A DNA stretch of 12,220 bases from an uncultured Gemmatimonadales bacterium. Lineage in GTDB: Bacteria > Gemmatimonadota > Gemmatimonadetes > Gemmatimonadales > GWC2-71-9. The stretch is from assembly GCA_963771275.1 (NCBI GenBank), contig CAVYSW010000001.1, forward strand, positions 1 through 12,220. The letters run 5' to 3'. The notes under the pieces were generated by a model. That model was not told the DNA's origin and did not search any database. It was given only the letters and a program-made list of their open reading frames with translations. A program made the position numbers and the translations under genes. Of the stretch, positions 6,995 through 12,220 are shown piece by piece. Position 1 is the stretch's first letter. The number at the start of each line of letters is the position of its first letter.

Positions 6995-9900
6995 ATGCTC
7001 GGGCGCCTCGCGACGCGGTCGTCCCTTTCGATCTTCTTCATCTCCATCGCGCTGTGCCTGGCCGGCGTCTACGCCGCGCTGACGCTCGCCTCCTCGGTCT
7101 TCCCGCAGACCGACTTTCCCAGGGTCGTAATCCTGGTGGACAACGGCGTCATGCCGGGCGACGAGATGATGGCCACGATCACGCGCCCGATCGAAGAGGC
7201 CATGCACGACATCCGCGGCGTCACCACGGTAAAGTCGGCCACGGGGCGCGGATCGGCCGAGATCAACGTGTTCTTCACGTGGAACGTGGACATGATCCAG
7301 TCCGAGCTCTACGTGCTGAGCCGCCTCGCGCAGATCCGCAGCACTTTGCCGGCCACCGCCGTGACGACGGTGTACCGGCTCACGTTCGCGGCCTTCCCCA
7401 TCCTGGGCGTGAGCCTGACGAGCGACACGCGCAGCATCACCGAGCTGTGGGAGACGGCGCGCTACAACCTCAAGCTGCGCTTTCTGAGGATCGCCGGCGT
7501 GGCGCGCGTGGACCTGGTGGGGGGCCGGGCGCCGGAGTACCACGTCGTGGTGGATCCCATCCTGCTCGGCGCGGCGGGGCTCAGCCTTCAGGACGTGATC
7601 GCCGCGCTCGAGGCCAACAACCTCGTGGCGTCGGCGGGGATGCACGAGGAGAACCACACCCTCTACCTCACGGTGGTGGACGGACGGGTGCGCTCCATCC
7701 GGGAGATCGAGGACTTCGTGGTGACCGCCGCCGACGGCCACCCGGTGCGGATCCGGGACTTCGCGACGGTGGTGCGGGGACCCGAGCCGGTGTTCAACGT
7801 GGTCACCGCGGACGGCCACGCCGCCGTGCTGCTCAACATCCGGAGCCAGCCGGACGGCAGCACGCTCCACATCGCGCGGGACCTCCGGCGACAGATCGCC
7901 GAGCTCCGCCAGGAGCTCCCGCCCGACATGAAGCTGGCGTTCTTTTACGATCAGTCCGAGATCGTGCGGGCGTCGGTGGAGAGCGTGTGGGAGGCCATCA
8001 TCTTCGGTCTGATCCTCTCCGTCGGCATCCTCTACTTCTTCCTCAAGAGCTGGGACACGACCCTGGTGGCGACCACCGTCATTCCGGTGACGGTGCTCAT
8101 CACGCTCGTGTCGATGAAGCTCACCGGCCTCACCTTCAACCTGATGACCCTGGGCGGGATCGCCGCGGCGATCGGCCTCGTGATCGACGACGCCATCGTC
8201 GTGGTCGAGGCGATTCACACGCGTCTCACCCATGGCATCGGCCGGGCCGAAGCCGTCGTGGCCGGGATCGGCGAGATCTTCCGCCCGCTCGTGGGGTCCA
8301 CGCTCACGCCGGTCGTCGTGTTCATCCCGCTCGCGTTTCTGCGCGGCATCACCGGCGTGTTCTTCCGGGCGCTCGCGCTGACGATGGTGGTGTCGCTGCT
8401 CACCTCGCTCGTGCTGGCCGTCACGCTCACCCCGTCGCTGGCCGCGCGGCTCACGCGGCGGCGGACGGGGGCCGAAGGGACGGCGCGGGCTGAGCTGGGC
8501 GGACCCCTGCTCCACCGCGTGATCGAGATCTACGAGCGCGCGGTCCGCCCCGCTCTTCGGAATCCCTGGCGTGTCATGGCCGCCTGCGCCCTCATCCCGA
8601 TCGCCGGGGTGCTGGTCTACGGCCAGCTGGACAGCGAGTTCCTCCCGCCGATGGACGAGGGCGGGTTCGTGATCGACTACTTCACGCCCCCCGGCACGAG
8701 CCTCCAGGAGACCAACCGCCAGCTGCTTCAGGCCGAGGCAATCCTCCGCACGGTGCCCGAGGTGGAGAGCTACTCGCGGCGCACGGGCGCCCGCCTCGCG
8801 CTGGCGATCGCCGAGCCCAACACCGGCGATTTCCTGGTCAAGCTCCGCACCAACCGCAGGCGCAAGACCGACGACGTCATCGGCGAGCTGCGGCAACGGT
8901 TCAACACCGAGCTCCCGGGGCTCAACTGGGAGTTCCCGGGCATTCTCGGCGACCTGATCGGCGACCTCATGTGGGCGCCCGCGCCGGTCGAGGTGAAGCT
9001 CTACTCGACCGACCAGGCGTGGCTCGAGCAGAAGGCGCCGGAAGTGGCCGCCCGGCTCGAGGCCATTCCGGGCGTGGTGGACCTGTTCAACGGGCTGGTC
9101 TACACCGGACCGACCATCAGCCTCCGCACCCGGGCGGCCGACGCGCGCCGGTTCGGCCTCACGGCGGACGACATCGCCAACGCCGCCAACAGCGCGATGC
9201 TCGGCCAGACCGCCTCCTCCGTGCTCGAAGGCGACCGGGTGGTGGACATCCGGGTGAAGGTGGACTCGGCCCGGATCCGGACCCTGTCCCAGATCCAGGA
9301 TCTTCCGATTCGCACGCCGGCCGGGACCCTGGTGAAGCTGTCACAGGTAGTAGACGTCGTGGAGGAACCGGGGCAGCTCGAGTTGCGGCGCGAGGACGCC
9401 CGTCAGGACGTTGCGGTGACGGCGCGCCTCGAGGGACGCGACCTCGGGAGCGCGATGGCCGAGATCCGCCAGGCGCTGAGCACCGACTCGTCGATCCCTC
9501 CGGGCGCCATCGAGTACGGCGGGCTCTACCAGCAGCAGCGGGAGTCGTTCCGCAACCTGGTGTTCGTGCTCCTCATGGCCGTCTCCCTCGTGTTCACCGT
9601 GCTGCTGCTCGAGTTCGGCTCGTTCAGCGAGCCCATCGCCATCGTGTTCGGCGCCCTGCTCGCCATGTTCGGCACGGTGCTCGCCCTATGGCTCACGGGG
9701 ACGTCGTTCAACGTCGTGTCGTTCCTCGGCGCGATCATCGGGGTGGGGATCACCGCCAAGAACGGGATCCTGATGCTGGACTACGTGCGGCACCTCAGGA
9801 GCGAGGGGCTCGATCTGGTGGAAGCCCTGGTCCGCTCCGGGCGGCGGCGTCTCCGCCCCGTCCTGATGACGTCGCTCGCCGCGGCGCTGGGGATGCTGCC

Positions 9901-10078
9901 CCTGGCGTACGGTCTCGGCTCGGGCGCCGACATGCTGCGGCCGCTCGCCATCGCCGTGATCGGCGCGCTGTGCATCTCGGTTCTGTTGTCGCTCGTGGCG
10001 ACTCCGACGCTCTACTTCCTCCTGATCCGCCGGAGCACCCCGCCCCGCGGAAGCAGCGAGACACCGGCAACGGCCTGA
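6995..10078 (+). CDS. RND efflux permease (AcrB/CusA/CzcA superfamily)
   Basis: 1027 aa with two large periplasmic loops. TM4 AIGLVIDDAIVVVE, TAKNGIL, RRLRPVLMT, PLAIAVIG motifs. Confidence 0.97.
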   Translation: MLGRLATRSSLSIFFISIALCLAGVYAALTLASSVFPQTDFPRVVILVDNGVMPGDEMMATITRPIEEAMHDIRGVTTVKSATGRGSAEINVFFTWNVDMIQSELYVLSRLAQIRSTLPATAVTTVYRLTFAAFPILGVSLTSDTRSITELWETARYNLKLRFLRIAGVARVDLVGGRAPEYHVVVDPILLGAAGLSLQDVIAALEANNLVASAGMHEENHTLYLTVVDGRVRSIREIEDFVVTAADGHPVRIRDFATVVRGPEPVFNVVTADGHAAVLLNIRSQPDGSTLHIARDLRRQIAELRQELPPDMKLAFFYDQSEIVRASVESVWEAIIFGLILSVGILYFFLKSWDTTLVATTVIPVTVLITLVSMKLTGLTFNLMTLGGIAAAIGLVIDDAIVVVEAIHTRLTHGIGRAEAVVAGIGEIFRPLVGSTLTPVVVFIPLAFLRGITGVFFRALALTMVVSLLTSLVLAVTLTPSLAARLTRRRTGAEGTARAELGGPLLHRVIEIYERAVRPALRNPWRVMAACALIPIAGVLVYGQLDSEFLPPMDEGGFVIDYFTPPGTSLQETNRQLLQAEAILRTVPEVESYSRRTGARLALAIAEPNTGDFLVKLRTNRRRKTDDVIGELRQRFNTELPGLNWEFPGILGDLIGDLMWAPAPVEVKLYSTDQAWLEQKAPEVAARLEAIPGVVDLFNGLVYTGPTISLRTRAADARRFGLTADDIANAANSAMLGQTASSVLEGDRVVDIRVKVDSARIRTLSQIQDLPIRTPAGTLVKLSQVVDVVEEPGQLELRREDARQDVAVTARLEGRDLGSAMAEIRQALSTDSSIPPGAIEYGGLYQQQRESFRNLVFVLLMAVSLVFTVLLLEFGSFSEPIAIVFGALLAMFGTVLALWLTGTSFNVVSFLGAIIGVGITAKNGILMLDYVRHLRSEGLDLVEALVRSGRRRLRPVLMTSLAAALGMLPLAYGLGSGADMLRPLAIAVIGALCISVLLSLVATPTLYFLLIRRSTPPRGSSETPATA

Positions 10079-10099
10079 CCATCACCGGGAGGTGACCCA

Positions 10100-11155
10100 A
10101 TGAGACGATACCATCGACCCCACCTGACGCTGCTGCCGGCGCTGGCACTCGCAATCGCGGTCGGCACCGTGTCCCTGGCCGCCCAAACGCCCACATACCG
10201 ATTCATCAGAGAAATCACGGTGGGCGGCGAAGGTGGCTGGGACTATCTCGCCGAGGACGCCGCCGCCCACCGGCTCTACGTCAGCCACGGCACGAAAGTC
10301 GTCGTGATCGACATGGCGCAGGGCACGGTAGTGGGGGAGATCGACAGCCTGCCGGGCGTGCACGGGTTCGCGGTGGCCCCCGAGCTGGGGCTCGGGTTCG
10401 CGAGTAACGGCCGAGAGAACACGGCGGCCTTCGTGGATCTCAAGACGCTCGCGGTCACCAGGCGGGTCGCGACGGGCGAGAACCCCGACGCCGTCCTCTA
10501 CGTCCCGGGCTTCCAGCAGGTCTACACGTTCAACGGCCGCGGCCATTCGGCCACGGTAATCGACGCCAAGACCGGCGCGGTGGTCGCCACGATCCCGCTC
10601 CCGGGCAAGCCCGAGTTCGCCGTGTTCGACCCGGCGGCCGGCCGGATCTACAACAACATCGAGGATCAGAACGAGATCGTCGCGATCGACGCCAAGACCC
10701 ACGCCGTCGTCGCCACCTGGCCGATCGCTCCTGGCGAGGAGGCGTCGGGTCTCGCAATCGACCTGGCGCACCACCGGCTGTTCGCCGTCTGCGGCAATCA
10801 GTACATGGTGATGCTGAACAGCACGACCGGCGCGGTGGTGGATACGGTGCGGATCGGGCAGGGCGCCGACGCGGCGCGGTTCGATCCGGCGACCGGCCTC
10901 GCGTTCGCCTCCAATGGCGAGGGCACGGTGACGATCGCCCATGAGGAGTCTCCCGACCACCTCGAGGTGATCCAGACCCTCACCACGGTCCGGTCGGCCC
11001 GCACCATGACGCTCGACCCCACGACCCACCGGATCTACCTCTCGGCCGCGACGTACGAGGCGCCATCGCCGGCCGACTCGGCGACTCCCCGCCAGCGCCC
11101 GCGGATGGTGCCGGGATCGTTCCGGGTGCTGGTGTACGGGATCGACGAGCGGTAG
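10100..11155 (+). CDS. Secreted YncE/YVTN-like beta-propeller protein
   Basis: GGAGGTGA RBS, signal peptide (SLA|AQ), GGEGGWDYL. Repeated blades (VIDAKTGAVVATI, AIDAKTHAVVATWPI, HRLYV/HRLFA/HRIYL). Confidence 0.88.
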   Translation: MRRYHRPHLTLLPALALAIAVGTVSLAAQTPTYRFIREITVGGEGGWDYLAEDAAAHRLYVSHGTKVVVIDMAQGTVVGEIDSLPGVHGFAVAPELGLGFASNGRENTAAFVDLKTLAVTRRVATGENPDAVLYVPGFQQVYTFNGRGHSATVIDAKTGAVVATIPLPGKPEFAVFDPAAGRIYNNIEDQNEIVAIDAKTHAVVATWPIAPGEEASGLAIDLAHHRLFAVCGNQYMVMLNSTTGAVVDTVRIGQGADAARFDPATGLAFASNGEGTVTIAHEESPDHLEVIQTLTTVRSARTMTLDPTTHRIYLSAATYEAPSPADSATPRQRPRMVPGSFRVLVYGIDER

Positions 11156-11164
11156 GCGATCGCG

Positions 11165-11923
11165 GTGAGCGAGCTCGCGCTGCACGGCTGGGCCGTCCGC
11201 GCCGAGCTCGCGCTCGCCGCCGTCACGCTGGTTGCGCTGCTGTTCGTGGCGGCGCCGTACGGCCGCTACGAGCGCCGAGGCTGGGGCCCGACGCTGCCTG
11301 CGGCGCTCGGCTGGATTCTGATGGAGCTGCCGGCGGTCGCGCTGTTCGCCGTGTTCTTCTTTACCGGCGACCACCGCTTCGAGGTGGTCCCCCTCGTGCT
11401 GCTGGGCGTGTGGCAGCTCCACTACCTGAACCGGGCGTTCGTCTTCCCGTTGCGCATGCGCGCGGGGGGACGCAGGATGCCAGTGCTCATCGCGTTCCTG
11501 GCCATCGGCTTCAACACGCTGAACGCCTACGTCAACGCCCGGTGGATCGGGCACTTGGGAACCTACCGGAGCGCGTGGCTCGCGGACCCCCGCTTCCTGC
11601 TGGGCGCCACGTTGTTCCTCGCCGGATGGCTCGGGAACCTCCATGCGGACGCCGTCCTGCGGCGCCTCCGGCGGCCCGGCGAGACCGGATACGAGATTCC
11701 ACGCGGGGGCCTCTACCGCTGGGTCTCCGCGCCAAACTACCTGTGCGAGATGCTCGAGTGGAGCGGCTGGGCGGTCGCCACCTGGTCGACGGCCGGCCTT
11801 GCCTTCGCCGTCTATACGGCGGCGAACCTCGGGCCGCGCGCCGTCAGACACCACGCCTGGTATCGGGAGCGGTTCGCCGACTATCCGGCGGAGCGCAAGG
11901 CCTTGATTCCCGGTCTACTCTGA
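11165..11923 (+). CDS. Steroid 5-alpha-reductase-like membrane enzyme (3-oxo-5-alpha-steroid 4-dehydrogenase; SRD5A/DET2 family)
   Basis: APYGRY, WILMELPA, HYLNRAFVFP, LRRLRRPGETGYEIPRGGLYRWVSAPNYLCEMLEWSGWA, HHAWYRERF.DYP..RKALIP. GTG start. Confidence 0.92.
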   Translation: MSELALHGWAVRAELALAAVTLVALLFVAAPYGRYERRGWGPTLPAALGWILMELPAVALFAVFFFTGDHRFEVVPLVLLGVWQLHYLNRAFVFPLRMRAGGRRMPVLIAFLAIGFNTLNAYVNARWIGHLGTYRSAWLADPRFLLGATLFLAGWLGNLHADAVLRRLRRPGETGYEIPRGGLYRWVSAPNYLCEMLEWSGWAVATWSTAGLAFAVYTAANLGPRAVRHHAWYRERFADYPAERKALIPGLL

Positions 11924-12220
11924 CCGAACGTACTTCGCCTTCAGCTCGTCATACACCGTCATACGGTCGGTGACGTTACCCTCCCGGTCGAACAATCCGC
12001 TCCTCCAGCCGAGGGGCTCCCAGATCGCCGTTCCCTTCCCCAGGTCGTTGGGGAGGTCGAACACGATGTCGTTGACCTCTCGCTTGACATCGGAGTATTC
12101 CACGACGTTGACCGGCTTGCGATAGCGGTCGATCAGGTCATGGAGGTTGCCGTAGAGGTCCTCGAGGGTGCCGTGCCAGCGGGGATAGTACGACAGGCCG
12201 ATGATGTCGAACTTGACGCC
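11915..12220 (-). CDS. C-terminal part of a glycoside hydrolase family 53 protein (arabinogalactan endo-1,4-beta-galactosidase-like); 5' end outside the window
   Basis: The frame is open from 12220: GVKFDIIGLSYYPRWHGTLEDLYGNLHDLIDRYRKPVNVVEYS...GTAIWEP. SYYPxWHG and KPVxVVE (nucleophile) are GH53 hallmarks. Overlaps the preceding gene's end by 9 bp. Confidence 0.85.
   Translation of the reverse strand, partial: GVKFDIIGLSYYPRWHGTLEDLYGNLHDLIDRYRKPVNVVEYSDVKREVNDIVFDLPNDLGKGTAIWEPLGWRSGLFDREGNVTDRMTVYDELKAKYVRSE

Noticed and set aside
6935..8896. 653-aa antisense ORF (also 1021-2214, 6346-7047 and 10082-11854 on the minus strand)
   Set aside because: Shadow ORFs opposite well-supported genes, expected from high-GC codon bias. 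No recognisable domains.
210..10078. Naming the genes cusRS/cusCBA, czcRS/czcCBA or phoBR
   Set aside because: Family-level similarity only. Diagnostic metal-binding motifs and pho/pst context are absent.
7054..10095. Long same-strand alternative-frame ORFs (7054-8493, 8971-10095)
   Set aside because: Arg/Gly/Pro-rich off-frame translations inside the RND gene, typical of GC-rich DNA.
1..12220. CRISPR arrays, tRNA/rRNA, IS elements, integrases
   Set aside because: No spaced repeat array, RNA gene signature, transposase or terminal inverted repeats seen. Intergenic gaps are short and accounted for.

Overview
GC-rich bacterial DNA (phylum not determinable; a Gemmatimonadota/Acidobacteriota-type origin is only a guess). 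Most of the window is one apparently self-contained cell-envelope module. It holds an OmpR-family response regulator plus sensor kinase (210-2253, +), and a secreted tandem-PepSY protein plus a COG4313-like outer-membrane beta-barrel (2298-3936, -). A divergent run follows (4104-11923, +): a secreted stand-alone Cache/PDC-like domain protein, a TolC-MFP-RND efflux pump, a YncE-like beta-propeller and a steroid 5-alpha-reductase-like membrane enzyme. The 3' end of a convergent GH53 galactanase-like gene closes the window. The strongest unannotated signal is a promoter architecture repeated four times, once in front of each putative transcription unit: an 18-bp direct repeat (CYGTCA-N6-YGTCAY, Pho-box-like), exactly 10 bp of spacer, then a TAnnnT -10 hexamer. 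This ties the locus into one likely autoregulated regulon; the regulator mRNA appears leaderless. The inducing signal (metal cation versus hydrophobic/steroid-like compound) is unresolved.
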